64,000 nt of DNA. Source: Alphaproteobacteria bacterium (lineage in GTDB: Bacteria; Pseudomonadota; Alphaproteobacteria; UBA6615). A program made the translations under genes and the position numbers. The stretch is from assembly GCA_965261975.1 (NCBI GenBank), contig CBDHEC010000010.1, positions 1 to 64,000 on the forward strand, in the 5' to 3' direction. Position 1 is the stretch's first letter. Every line of letters begins with the position of its first letter. The notes beneath the pieces are model-generated. The model had not been told where the DNA came from. It made no database searches and saw only the letters and a program-made list of their open reading frames with translations. Below are positions 29,799 to 39,521 of this stretch, piece after piece.

Positions 29799-30353
29799 TC
29801 AGAGTTTGGGTACCGTGATGCCGCGCTGATGCATGTATTTACCCTTGCGGTCCGCATAGGACACTTCCGGTTCACCCTCACCCTTGAGGAACAGGAACTG
29901 GCACGCACCCTCGTTGGCATAAATCTTCGCCGGCAGCGGTGTGGTGTTGGAAAACTCCAGGGTCACATGACCCTCCCATTCCGGCTCCAGCGGCGTCACG
30001 TTCACGATAATGCCGCAGCGCGCATAGGTGGACTTGCCGAGGCAAATCACCAGGGTGTCGCGGGGAATGCGGAAATACTCGACCGTGCGGGCCAGCGCGA
30101 AGGAGTTCGGCGGGATGATGCAGACATCGGTCTCACGGTCCACGAAGCTCTCTTCGTTGAAATTCTTCGGATCGACCGTGGCCGAATGAACGTTGGTGAA
30201 GATCTTGAACTCGCCCGACACACGCGCGTCATACCCGTAGGACGACAAGCCATAGGAAATGACCCCCTCGCGCGTCTGCGCATCGACGAACGGCTCAATC
30301 ATGCCGCTTTCCTGAGACATCTGGCGGATCCAGCTATCGGGCATGATCGGCAT
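29799..30353 (-). CDS. dcd: dCTP deaminase
   Basis: [29 protein letters not shown]. Confidence 0.97.
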   Translation of the reverse strand: MPIMPDSWIRQMSQESGMIEPFVDAQTREGVISYGLSSYGYDARVSGEFKIFTNVHSATVDPKNFNEESFVDRETDVCIIPPNSFALARTVEYFRIPRDTLVICLGKSTYARCGIIVNVTPLEPEWEGHVTLEFSNTTPLPAKIYANEGACQFLFLKGEGEPEVSYADRKGKYMHQRGITVPKL

Positions 30354-30493
30354 GCAATAAACCCCCAAGGACAAGCAACGGACTCGACGGCCACCCGCCA
30401 AGACCCGGTCTCGCCTTGTAACCGATGGCCGAAGGCCTCTCAAGCATGCCCGGTGGATAACAAATTCACATTTAATTTCAGCATGTTACCAGT

Positions 30494-30661
30494 CTATTCG
30501 TCGTCGGGACCGGTTCCGGAGTCGGGTGTTAGCGAATTGCGCTCCCGGCGCTGGGCATTGCGCTTGCGCAGGTTCTCGCGCAACGCCGCCGCCTGACGGG
30601 CCTCGCGGGCGCGTTCGCTCTCGGTCTGTCCGGTCTTATTCGGGGTCTTCTTGTCGGTCAT
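30494..30661 (-). CDS. Small basic hypothetical protein (55 aa)
   Basis: Hand translation MTDKKTPNK...AREARQAAALRENLRKRNAQRRER...; the ALRENL motif resembles small alphaproteobacterial proteins; absent from the ORF track. Confidence 0.75.
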   Translation of the reverse strand: MTDKKTPNKTGQTESERAREARQAAALRENLRKRNAQRRERNSLTPDSGTGPDDE

Positions 30662-30673
30662 TCGTCGGCGCGC

Positions 30674-31063
30674 CTATTTGCTGTGGGACGCGACGACTTC
30701 AATCTCGACCTTCCAGTTCGGCGCCGCCAGCGCCGGCACCATCACCAGGGTGGACGCCGCCGCATGGCCTTCCATCCAGCTGTCGCGAATATCGCGAAAG
30801 CCGCCGACGTCGCCCGCGTCTGTCAGATAGGCATTGAGGCGCACGAGATCGGACATCTGCATATCCATGGCCGTAAGCGCAGCCTTGATATTGCGAAACA
30901 CCTGATCGCACTGACCGGCGAAATCATCCGGGCAATTGCCTTCGGTATCGATGCCGACCTGGCCCGAGAGGAACACCAGCCGCGTGCCCTCGGGCACCTC
31001 GACGATGTGGCTGTAATTGCTCGCCGGTGCGGGCAACGTATCGGGGTTCACGAGATTGAGCAT
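30674..31063 (-). CDS. Rid (YjgF/UK114) family protein
   Basis: YSH, LSGQVG, Q..QVFRNI, VEIEVVA. Confidence 0.9.
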   Translation of the reverse strand: MLNLVNPDTLPAPASNYSHIVEVPEGTRLVFLSGQVGIDTEGNCPDDFAGQCDQVFRNIKAALTAMDMQMSDLVRLNAYLTDAGDVGGFRDIRDSWMEGHAAASTLVMVPALAAPNWKVEIEVVASHSK

Positions 31064-31092
31064 GACGGCCCTCCGTTGGGTAAAAGGCGCAG

Positions 31093-31530
31093 TTACTCGG
31101 CCAGCGTGTCGAAGGCGGTCTTGGCCGCCTCCGGCGCGAGATCGAGTGCCGCGCAAATCTGATCGATGATCTTGTGCTCGTCCGCACTGTCGCGCCCGTC
31201 GGCGAGGCTCATGGCGACGCTGATCCGCAGCAACAGGTCGGCCGCGCCCTCTTTCTTGGTGCCCGCCTTGATGGTCTTCAGCATCCGGTCGAGACCGGCA
31301 TCGCCATCGTCCGCCAGCACCGCCACATGTTCATCGAACGCATCGACGACCTCATGGGGATCGAACAGGCGCAGCTCCGACAGGCTCTCGACCACGGCGT
31401 CGAGGCGCGCGCGCTCGGAAAAGCTCACCTCGCCATCCGACGTGGCAACCAGCGCGCAGGCGGCAGCAACGGCCTCGAGAAAGGGCCGCTGGCGGTGGCG
31501 CTGAAGTTCCTTGCGAAAACGGTCGAACAA
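31093..31530 (-). CDS. TerB-family protein
   Basis: FLEAVAAACALVATSDGEV..SE and ADG....E...I..I..AL helical repeats; TTG start assumed. Confidence 0.85.
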   Translation of the reverse strand: MFDRFRKELQRHRQRPFLEAVAAACALVATSDGEVSFSERARLDAVVESLSELRLFDPHEVVDAFDEHVAVLADDGDAGLDRMLKTIKAGTKKEGAADLLLRISVAMSLADGRDSADEHKIIDQICAALDLAPEAAKTAFDTLAE

Positions 31531-31657
31531 AGCGGTTGCCTCAATGGGATAGCAATCGGGCAGCGGCGGATTTTTGCACGCCACGTTTCGCGCGCCAACC
31601 ATGGCCTTGCTGCGCGCGAATACCCGTGGCATAACCCGCGCGCTTTTCGAACATTGT

Positions 31658-31732
31658 GCCGCCGTAGCTCAGGGGTAGAGCGCACCATTGGTAATGGTGA
31701 GGTCGAGTGTTCAATTCACTCCGGCGGCACCA
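31658..31732 (+). tRNA. tRNA-Thr (GGT)
   Basis: GCCGCCGTAGCTCAGGGGTAGAGCGCACCATTGGTAATGGTGAGGTCGAGTGTTCAATTCACTCCGGCGGCACCA. Confidence 0.97.
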
Positions 31733-31749
31733 TCGAAACTCCCGCAAAC

Positions 31750-33480
31750 TCAGAAAATCTCCGGCTCCGGGATGAGCTCTCCGGCGTGCAGGAAGTCGAA
31801 GTCGCAGCCCCGGTTCGCCTGGGTGACATGTTCCGCATACATGGAGACGTAGCCGCGCTCGGGGATCCGCTTGCGCGGCGTCCAGTCGGCCCGGCGTTGG
31901 GCGAGTTCTTCGGCGCTCACATCCAGATCGATTTTGCGGCCTTCCACATCCAGCGTGATCATGTCGCCGTCGCGCACCAACGCCAGCGGCCCGCCCACAT
32001 GGGCCTCCGGCGCGACATGCAACACGCAGGTCCCGTAGCTGGTGCCGGACATGCGGGCGTCCGAAATGCGCACCATGTCGCGCACGCCCGCCTCGAGCAG
32101 CTTCTTCGGGATCGGCAGCTGGCCCCATTCGGGCATGCCCGGCGCACCCACGGGGCCCGCGTTCTGGAGCACCAGTACCGAATCCGCCGTCACATCCAGG
32201 TCCGGATCATCGATGCGCGCGTCGAGATCGGCGCGGTCGACGAACACGACCGCGGGGCCGGTATGTTTCAGCAATGAGGGGTCCGCAGCGGTCTGTTTGA
32301 TGACCGCGCCGTCGGGGGCGAGCGTGCCGGTCAGCACGACCGTCCCGCCGTCGGGCCCGAGCGGGTTGTCCCGGCGGCGGATGACGTCGTCATTGTGGAG
32401 CGGCGCCTCGGCCCAGGATTCACCAAGCGGCCGGCCCGAGACGGTGTTCGCGCTGCCATCAAGCAGGTCGCCCAGCTCACGCATCAAGGCACGCAGCCCG
32501 CCCGCATAATAGAAATCCTCCATCAGGTATTCGCCCGACGGACGGATGTTGGCAAGCCAGGGCGTGCGCCGGGAGATTTCATCGAAGCGCGACAGCGGGA
32601 GATCGACATGCGCGCGGCCCGCCATCGCGACCAGGTGGATGATCGCGTTCGTCGAGCCGCCGATGGCCATGTCGACCGTGATCGCGTTGTCGAATGACGC
32701 CGCGGTGAGAATCTTGTCGGGCGTCAGGTCTTCCCAGACCATATCGACGATGCGCCGCCCGGTGGCGGCCGCCATCACGCCGTGATTCGAATCCGGCGCC
32801 GGGATCGACGATGCGCCCGGCAGGGTGAGGCCGAGCGCCTCGGTGATCGACATCATGGTGGCCGCGGTGCCCATGGTCATGCAGGTGCCCGACGAACGCG
32901 ACGCGCCCGCCAGCACCTCGTCCACCACGGAGGCGTCCACGTTCCCGGCGCGATACTCGGCGTAATATTTCCAGTGGTCGGTGCCGCTGCCCAGGGTCTC
33001 GCCGTTCCAGAAGCCGCGCAGCATCGTGCCCGCCGGCATATAGATCAGCGGCACACCGGCCGATACAGCCCCCATGATCAGCGCGGGCGTGGTCTTGTCG
33101 CAGCCGCCCATCAGCACCACGCCGTCGACGGGGTAGGAGCGGATGAGCTCTTCTGCCTCCATCGCCAGCAGGTTGCGATAGAGCATGGTGGTCGGCTTCA
33201 TCAGGATCTCGCCCAGCGTAATCGCCGACATCTCGACGGGAAAACCGCCGGCCTGGAGCACCCCGCGCTTGATCTGCTCGGCGCGTTCGGGGAAATGGCC
33301 GTGACAGGTGTTGAGGTCGGACCAGGTGTTGACGATGCCGATGACCGGCTTGCCGTCGAAGTCATCCGGGCTGAAGCCCAGCTGGCGCAAACGCCCGCGA
33401 TGGCTGAAGGCGCGCATGGTCTCGCCATCGAGCCAGCGCCGGCTGCGGAGTTGATCGGGAGTAATTCTGGTATCGGTCAT
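31750..33480 (-). CDS. IlvD/Edd family dehydratase (L-arabinonate dehydratase-like)
   Basis: NTCHGH, KPTTMLYRNL, GGCDKT, GTCMTMGTA, GGSTNA, SDARMSGT. Confidence 0.93.
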   Translation of the reverse strand: MTDTRITPDQLRSRRWLDGETMRAFSHRGRLRQLGFSPDDFDGKPVIGIVNTWSDLNTCHGHFPERAEQIKRGVLQAGGFPVEMSAITLGEILMKPTTMLYRNLLAMEAEELIRSYPVDGVVLMGGCDKTTPALIMGAVSAGVPLIYMPAGTMLRGFWNGETLGSGTDHWKYYAEYRAGNVDASVVDEVLAGASRSSGTCMTMGTAATMMSITEALGLTLPGASSIPAPDSNHGVMAAATGRRIVDMVWEDLTPDKILTAASFDNAITVDMAIGGSTNAIIHLVAMAGRAHVDLPLSRFDEISRRTPWLANIRPSGEYLMEDFYYAGGLRALMRELGDLLDGSANTVSGRPLGESWAEAPLHNDDVIRRRDNPLGPDGGTVVLTGTLAPDGAVIKQTAADPSLLKHTGPAVVFVDRADLDARIDDPDLDVTADSVLVLQNAGPVGAPGMPEWGQLPIPKKLLEAGVRDMVRISDARMSGTSYGTCVLHVAPEAHVGGPLALVRDGDMITLDVEGRKIDLDVSAEELAQRRADWTPRKRIPERGYVSMYAEHVTQANRGCDFDFLHAGELIPEPEIF

Positions 33481-33576
33481 GACGAACCCGCGACGAACGG
33501 CCCGGTGCGGCCGCCCCTATTCAGTAGCAAAAGCGAATTCGCGAGTCCCCGCGAAAGGTGAAAGTGCCGCCGGCGC

Positions 33577-34056
33577 TCAACCGGCCAGCCAGAGCCGGAC
33601 CTCCGCCTCACGGCGGCGAACCAGCCCGGCCAGCATGCGACCCCGCGCGAATACCCAGCGGCGGAACTGGTCCGGCGCATTCCCATATTCGCCCCTGTTA
33701 ATGACCCTGCGCAGGGTCGACGCCATGAGGTTGCCCGAACCGCAGTTGAAGGCGAAATCGATCAACGCGGCTTCCTGTTCCACGGAAAGCGGCACGTCGA
33801 TCAAACGGTCAACCGAGCCCGCCGCCCGGGACATATCTTTCATCAGCAATCGAAATGCCGCGTCCCGGTCGGACAACGGCGCCCATCGGGCCAAGTCCGC
33901 GTTCGGTTCACGAGACAGAAGATGCCCATAGCCAATGGTCGGGTAGCCAACCGGGTCATGATAGGGCTCGAGCGAAAGACCCTCGAAACTCTCGGCCAGA
34001 AATGCGGCCTCCGCGAGGGCGGGGTGGCTCCCGGCATCTCTGGGACCATCGGTCAT
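33577..34056 (-). CDS. Phage-type lysozyme / endolysin (GH24)
   Basis: FEG...Y.D.VG.PTIGYGH with E-x8-D-x5-T triad; F.FN.G, STL, W....G..L.GL..RR.AE. Confidence 0.93.
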   Translation of the reverse strand: MTDGPRDAGSHPALAEAAFLAESFEGLSLEPYHDPVGYPTIGYGHLLSREPNADLARWAPLSDRDAAFRLLMKDMSRAAGSVDRLIDVPLSVEQEAALIDFAFNCGSGNLMASTLRRVINRGEYGNAPDQFRRWVFARGRMLAGLVRRREAEVRLWLAG

Positions 34057-34595
34057 ACGCTGTTGTTCGCCCGCCGGCGGACCCGGTCACCGAACCAGAA
34101 GCCAAGAATGACGAATAAAATATCTTGGTCGAACGCGGTGTAAAAACCGTTCGTCGTGAACACTTCCAACGCCCGGGCCGTGAGCGAATTTGCCGTGTCC
34201 TTCGTCCCGAAAATCAGCTGGAACTGTCCCGCCTTGTGCAGCCCGTAGAGACCAAACACCCAATATGAAACGGTCGGCCGTACCGCCGAGATCAACCAGT
34301 CCAGTGCGGCAAACGACATGAATGCCAGGTTGAATGACCAGCGCCAGACATGATCCTGGTTCGCCGCCGCTTCGAGCAGTTTCACGCCATAGGATTGCCG
34401 CGATCGTCGCGCGGAACGCCGGTCAGCGAGCGCGAACTCGACCTCGAGCTGTTCGAGGCGATAGGCGTGATTCTTTTCTGCCAGCTCTGCCTGCAGGCGC
34501 AGCATCTGCGTTTCCTGCCTATGGTCGATCCACTGTTTTCCGATACCGAACAGGTCCGGCACGAAAGGCGCGAGAAATCCCAAGATGGCGAGCAT
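34053..34595 (-). CDS. Holin-like membrane protein (3TM-holin-like)
   Basis: 'DWLISAVRPTVSY' and C-terminal 'ILGFWFGDR' resemble 3TM holins; ATGA overlap with lysozyme; GGAGGA RBS. Confidence 0.65.
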   Translation of the reverse strand: MLAILGFLAPFVPDLFGIGKQWIDHRQETQMLRLQAELAEKNHAYRLEQLEVEFALADRRSARRSRQSYGVKLLEAAANQDHVWRWSFNLAFMSFAALDWLISAVRPTVSYWVFGLYGLHKAGQFQLIFGTKDTANSLTARALEVFTTNGFYTAFDQDILFVILGFWFGDRVRRRANNSV

Positions 34596-34845
34596 TTTTA
34601 TCCTCCCGACGTCGTGCGCAGTCGCACGCATCGGGCGGTGTGCACGGCGCGTTCATCGATGATGGGAACAAAAACAGGAGGAAAGTATTCGAACCGGATA
34701 TGTGGGTAAAACTTGAAGTGCAGCCGGACCGATCGAACGCCGTGCCCGCTCAATCTTTGGCCAAGTTTGACATGTCCCTCTCCGACCAAACATCGTACAA
34801 CCGGCTTGCTTCCTTCAGCCCGCCTTAACCCTTTCCCCTGGGCCC

Positions 34846-36153
34846 ATGTCCACCAGCGAAACCCCACCACCGCGCAGCGAACTTGCCGGCGCACGCGCGT
34901 TTCGGCACCGCGATTTCCGATACTTCTGGGCCACCCGCGTTGCGGGCATCCTGGCGACGGAAATGCTAGTGACCACCGTGGGCTGGCAGGTCTATCGCCT
35001 GACATCGAGCGAGCTCAATCTCGGCCTGATCGGGTTCGCCCAATTCGCGCCCTTCGCGCTTCTGTTCCTGGTTTCCGGCGTGGCCGCCGACCGCCTGCCA
35101 CGCATGCGCATCATCTTCGGTTGCGTGGCCCTGCAGACGGTGTGTGCAGCTGCCCTGCTGTGGGGGACATGGTCCGGGGCCATCGACTTTCGAATAATTC
35201 TCGCGATTCTGGTGCTGTTCGGCGTGGCGCGCGCTTTCCAGGCGCCGGCACAGATGGCGATCGTGCCGAACCTGGTGCCCAAGGACGACCTCGCCAACGC
35301 CATCGCCTGGTCGGCCACCGGCTTCCAGATGGCGCGTATTATCGGCCCGACGATTTCGGGTCTGCTCATCGCCTTTGGGGCCGCGCGCGGTCAGGACGAG
35401 TTCTTCGTCTATGTGCTTTCGGTTTCGGTGTTCGTGCTGGCGACCATCCTCGCGGGCATGGTCCGCAAGCCGGTGCAGATCGTCAGCTCCGCGCCCATCA
35501 CCATCGCCAACATCCTCGGCGGGTTCAAATTCATCGCCTCGCGGCAGGTGATCTTCGGGGCCATCGGCCTCGACCTGTTCGCGGTGCTGTTCGGTGGCGC
35601 CATCGCCCTGTTGCCGGTCTATGCCAAGGATATCCTCGATGTGGGGGCCGACGGGTTCGGGCTGCTCCGTTCGGCCTTCACGCTGGGATCGTTCATCGGC
35701 GCGCTGTACATGACCCAGCACCCGGTGACCCGACGCGCCGGCGTGAAGCTATTGTCGGCCGTGGGCGTGTTCGGGCTCGGCGTCATCGTGTTCGGCGTGT
35801 CGGAGATCTTCTGGCTCTCGGCCGTGGCGCTGATCGTGATGGGCCTCGCGGATTCCGTCAGCGTGTTCGTGCGCCAGAACCTGGTGCAGATCATCACACC
35901 CGACGAGATGCGCGGCCGGGTCAGCGCCGTGACGGCCGTCTTCATCGGCGCATCGAACGAGTTGGGCGAATTTGAATCCGGCGTGACGGCCCACTGGTGG
36001 GGCACGGTACCCGCCGTCGTCGTCGGCGGCGCGGCGACGGTCACGGTCGCGGTCAGCTTCGCCTGGCTATTCCCCAAGCTACGCCAGGTGGATTCACTGG
36101 AGCCCGACGAGCTGATCCGGAAGTATCGCGACGCGCCACCGCGGCGGGGCTAA
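34846..36153 (+). CDS. MFS transporter
   Basis: AFRHRDFR, GVAADRLPR, TPDEMRGRV; about 12 hydrophobic segments. Confidence 0.92.
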   Translation: MSTSETPPPRSELAGARAFRHRDFRYFWATRVAGILATEMLVTTVGWQVYRLTSSELNLGLIGFAQFAPFALLFLVSGVAADRLPRMRIIFGCVALQTVCAAALLWGTWSGAIDFRIILAILVLFGVARAFQAPAQMAIVPNLVPKDDLANAIAWSATGFQMARIIGPTISGLLIAFGAARGQDEFFVYVLSVSVFVLATILAGMVRKPVQIVSSAPITIANILGGFKFIASRQVIFGAIGLDLFAVLFGGAIALLPVYAKDILDVGADGFGLLRSAFTLGSFIGALYMTQHPVTRRAGVKLLSAVGVFGLGVIVFGVSEIFWLSAVALIVMGLADSVSVFVRQNLVQIITPDEMRGRVSAVTAVFIGASNELGEFESGVTAHWWGTVPAVVVGGAATVTVAVSFAWLFPKLRQVDSLEPDELIRKYRDAPPRRG

Positions 36154-36162
36154 CCGAGCGGG

Positions 36163-36588
36163 CTAATCGATCACCGCGATCGCGTTGACCTCGAGGATGC
36201 AGCGCGGGTCGGTTGCGAGGCGCACGATCTGAACGGTCGTCGTCGCCGGCTTGGCATCCACGAAATACTCGGCCCAGACCTTGTTGAGGATATCCTGGTC
36301 CTCCATGTCGGTCAGGAAACGGTCGGCGGTGACGATGTCGTCGAAGGTCGCGCCCACGGCATCGAGGCCCTTCTTCAGGTTTTCCAGCACCGCGCGGGCC
36401 TGCCCGTCCATGTCGTCGGGCATGTCGGCGAACTCTTCCGGCACATGGGGATGGCTGTGATAGACGGGCGCTGCCGTGACTCCGGCCAGATAAACCGTGG
36501 TGCCGCCGGTCACCTTGATCGCCGGCGCATAGGGCATCCAGATGTCGGGGGCGTCGGGCCAGTGACAATGTTCGATTTTCTTCGCCAT
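36163..36588 (-). CDS. Rid (YjgF/UK114) family protein
   Basis: QARAVLENL...GATFDDIV...KPATTTV...LEVNAIAV. Confidence 0.87.
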   Translation of the reverse strand: MAKKIEHCHWPDAPDIWMPYAPAIKVTGGTTVYLAGVTAAPVYHSHPHVPEEFADMPDDMDGQARAVLENLKKGLDAVGATFDDIVTADRFLTDMEDQDILNKVWAEYFVDAKPATTTVQIVRLATDPRCILEVNAIAVID

Positions 36589-36725
36589 GCTTTCCTCCCA
36601 GAATGTGAGACCGCCTGCGCGCATCTGTTTTGCGGATCGCGAACCGATCTTTAGGCTGCCATGTTACGCAACTGACCACCGGTGTGGATAGCCGTTTCAA
36701 CCTGACGTCATTTTGGACCCCGCCG

Positions 36726-38243
36726 ATGCTTCCCATCGACACACTCTACCGCGGCCGCCAGATCAACCCCGACGGGATCGCGCTCGAGGACGACACGACC
36801 CAGCTGACCTACCGCGAGCTGGTCGCGCGGGTCGAGGCGCTCGCCGCCGCGTTGCAGGAACGCCTGCCGACGCCACAGGCCAAGGTCGGCGCGTGCGGGT
36901 TCAACAACCTGCAGCATGTGATCGCAATCCTCGCGACCCACCTGGCGGGTCATATCTGGGTGGCCGTGAACCCGCGCTCGGGCAAGACGGAGAACACCGC
37001 CCTCATGGATCTCGTCGAGCCGGACCTGATGATCGCCGACGACGCCGCACGCGACGCGTTCGACATTGGAGATACGCCATTCGTCGTCGCCGAGCCGGAC
37101 GGCCGGTCGCATGCCAACGACACCGTCGACGGGTTGATCGATGCGTATCGCGGCAAGCAGCCCGAACGCCATCTGCTCGACCCGAATACTGATCTGCAGG
37201 CAATCAAGTTCACCGGCGGCTCCACCGGCCTGCCCAAGGCGGTGATGCAACCCTACCGGACCGGCACCACCCTGATCGGCACCGTCCTGTCGGTGTTCGG
37301 CCTGAACGCCGACGATATCCAGGTGGCTGCGGCGCCGGTCAGCCACGCCGCATTCATCCTGATGCTGCCGATCTTCGCCACGGGCGGGCGCAACATCGTC
37401 CTGCCGGCGCCGGACCCGGATCGCATCCTGCATTCCTTTGAACAGCGCGGGGTAAGCACCATCTTCATGCCCCCGACCATGATCTACAAGACGATGGCCG
37501 ACCCGGATATCGGGAAGCGGACATTTCCCAAGTTGCGCCACCTGATCTACGGCGCCGCCCCCATGCCGCCGGAAAAGGTGCGTGAGGCCCAGCAGGTTTT
37601 CCCCCACGCGCTCGAGACCCTGTACGGCCAGACCGAGGCCTCCTCGGTCTGCACCACCATGTCGGCCGCCGAGCTGGAGCAGGACGCCAACAACGGCTCG
37701 GTCGGCCGCGCCACGCCCCTGATGCGGGTCGAGATCATGGACCCCGATGGCAACATCCTGCCGCCCGGCGAAACCGGCGAGGTGGTCGTGCGCGGCGGCC
37801 TGACCATGACCGGCTACTACAAGAACCCCGAGGCGACCGAAAATGCCTTCCGCGACGGCTGGTTGCTGACCGGCGACGGCGGCCTGATCGACGAGCGTGG
37901 CTACCTGTTCCTGAAGGACCGGCTGCGCGACGTCATCATCTCGGGCGGGTTCAACGTCTATCCAACGGATGTCGAGGGTGCGCTGGTCAAACACCCCGAT
38001 GTCTATGAATGCGTCGTGTTTGGTACGGCGGACGACCATTGGGGCGAACGGGTGGAAGCGGCCGTTCAACTGCGCGACGGCGCGACGGCCAGCGCCGACG
38101 ACATCATCACCCACGCCAAGGACCAGCTTGGCTCCGTGAAGGCGCCCAAGGCGGTGCATCTGGTCGAGGACCTGCCGCGCAGCGCCGTGGGCAAGGTGCT
38201 CCGCCGCGAAGTACGCGAACGTTTTTCACCGCCGCCCAACTAA
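36726..38243 (+). CDS. AMP-binding acyl-CoA synthetase
   Basis: FTGGSTGLPK, YGQTE, GWLLTGD, IISGGFNVYP, PRSAVGK. Confidence 0.93.
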   Translation: MLPIDTLYRGRQINPDGIALEDDTTQLTYRELVARVEALAAALQERLPTPQAKVGACGFNNLQHVIAILATHLAGHIWVAVNPRSGKTENTALMDLVEPDLMIADDAARDAFDIGDTPFVVAEPDGRSHANDTVDGLIDAYRGKQPERHLLDPNTDLQAIKFTGGSTGLPKAVMQPYRTGTTLIGTVLSVFGLNADDIQVAAAPVSHAAFILMLPIFATGGRNIVLPAPDPDRILHSFEQRGVSTIFMPPTMIYKTMADPDIGKRTFPKLRHLIYGAAPMPPEKVREAQQVFPHALETLYGQTEASSVCTTMSAAELEQDANNGSVGRATPLMRVEIMDPDGNILPPGETGEVVVRGGLTMTGYYKNPEATENAFRDGWLLTGDGGLIDERGYLFLKDRLRDVIISGGFNVYPTDVEGALVKHPDVYECVVFGTADDHWGERVEAAVQLRDGATASADDIITHAKDQLGSVKAPKAVHLVEDLPRSAVGKVLRREVRERFSPPPN

Positions 38244-38285
38244 ACGGGATTGGCGTCCGGCCACACTCATCGTAGAAAAGCAGCC

Positions 38286-39464
38286 ATGCAAATCACCGAT
38301 ATCCGCGAAACCGCGATCCCCCTTAACTCGAACCTGCGCAACGCGGTGTTCGATTTCAGCCAGATGACAACCTCCATCGTCGCCGTAATCACCGACGTCA
38401 TCCGCGATGGAAAACCCGTGGTCGGCTATGCCTTCAACTCCACCGGTCGCTATGCCTGCGGGGCGCAGATGCGGTCCCGCTTCATCCCGCGGATCATGGA
38501 CTCGGACCCGGACAGCCTGATCGACGAGGCGCGCAACAATCTCGACCCCGAGGCCATCCTGGCCGCGATGATGCAGGGCGAGAAACCCGGCGGACATTCC
38601 GACCGATCCGTGGGCATCGGTACGATCGAAGTCGCCGTGTGGGACGCAATCGCGAAGATCGAGGAGAAACCTGCCTATCAATCCATCGCCGACCGCTACA
38701 ATCCCGGCGGCGCGAAACCCGACATGTTCGTCTATGTGGGCGGCGGCTGGTACGCACCGGGCAAGGGCATTCCCGAGCTGCTGGACGAGATGCGCGGCTA
38801 TCTCGACATGGGCTACACCCAGCTCAAGATGAAGGTGGGCGGCGCGTCCGTCGCCGAAGACATCGAGCGGCTCGAAGCCGTGCTGAATCTGGTCGGTAAT
38901 GACGGCTGGAACCTGGCCGTGGACGCCAATTGCGGCCTGACGGACGATGAAGCCCGCGCCTACGCAAAAGCATTATCGCCCTACAAACTGCGCTGGTACG
39001 AAGAGCCGACCGACCCGCTCGACTTCGCGCTCATGGCCGAACTCGCGGATATTTATGAGCCGCCGCTGGCCACCGGTGAGAACCTGTTTTCGCAACAGGA
39101 CATGCAGAATCTCGTGACCTTCGGCGGCATGCGCCAGAATCACGACGTCCTGCAGATCGACCCGCCGCAAAGCTACGGCGTGGTCGCCGTCGCGCGCACG
39201 GTCAACATGCTGAACGCCCGGGGCTGGGCGGCCGGGAACTCGGTCATGCCCCATGGCGGCAACCAGATGTCGCTGCACATCGCCGCCGGCTTGGGCATGC
39301 TGCTGTGCGAATCCTACCCCAACACCTTCGGAATGTTCTCCGGCTTCGCGGATGATGCGGAAATTATCGACGGCTACCTCAAGCTCGACCCGGACCGGCC
39401 AGGGATCGGCTTCGAGGCCCAGGCCGACCTCTATAAGGTGATGTCGGAACTTTCCGCAGGCTAG
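38286..39464 (+). CDS. Mandelate racemase-type enolase, D-tartrate dehydratase (TarD)-like
   Basis: DFSQMTTS..AV.TDV.R.G..VVGY.FNS.GRY, EKPGGH..RSV, KMK, EEP, TGEN, PHGG. Confidence 0.85.
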   Translation: MQITDIRETAIPLNSNLRNAVFDFSQMTTSIVAVITDVIRDGKPVVGYAFNSTGRYACGAQMRSRFIPRIMDSDPDSLIDEARNNLDPEAILAAMMQGEKPGGHSDRSVGIGTIEVAVWDAIAKIEEKPAYQSIADRYNPGGAKPDMFVYVGGGWYAPGKGIPELLDEMRGYLDMGYTQLKMKVGGASVAEDIERLEAVLNLVGNDGWNLAVDANCGLTDDEARAYAKALSPYKLRWYEEPTDPLDFALMAELADIYEPPLATGENLFSQQDMQNLVTFGGMRQNHDVLQIDPPQSYGVVAVARTVNMLNARGWAAGNSVMPHGGNQMSLHIAAGLGMLLCESYPNTFGMFSGFADDAEIIDGYLKLDPDRPGIGFEAQADLYKVMSELSAG

Positions 39465-39521
39465 TTCCATAACAACCACGGGGCGCCAGACCCCGATGCA
39501 AATTCCAGGGAGTGCTAAGCC

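Noticed and set aside
33564-33573. GTGCCGCCGG matching the tRNA-Thr acceptor stem next to the lysozyme gene
   Set aside because: Only 10 GC-rich bases and inverted relative to an att direct repeat; chance is sufficient
33477-33686. Possible spanin overlapping the lysozyme 3' end
   Set aside because: No TM segment or lipobox in the ORF
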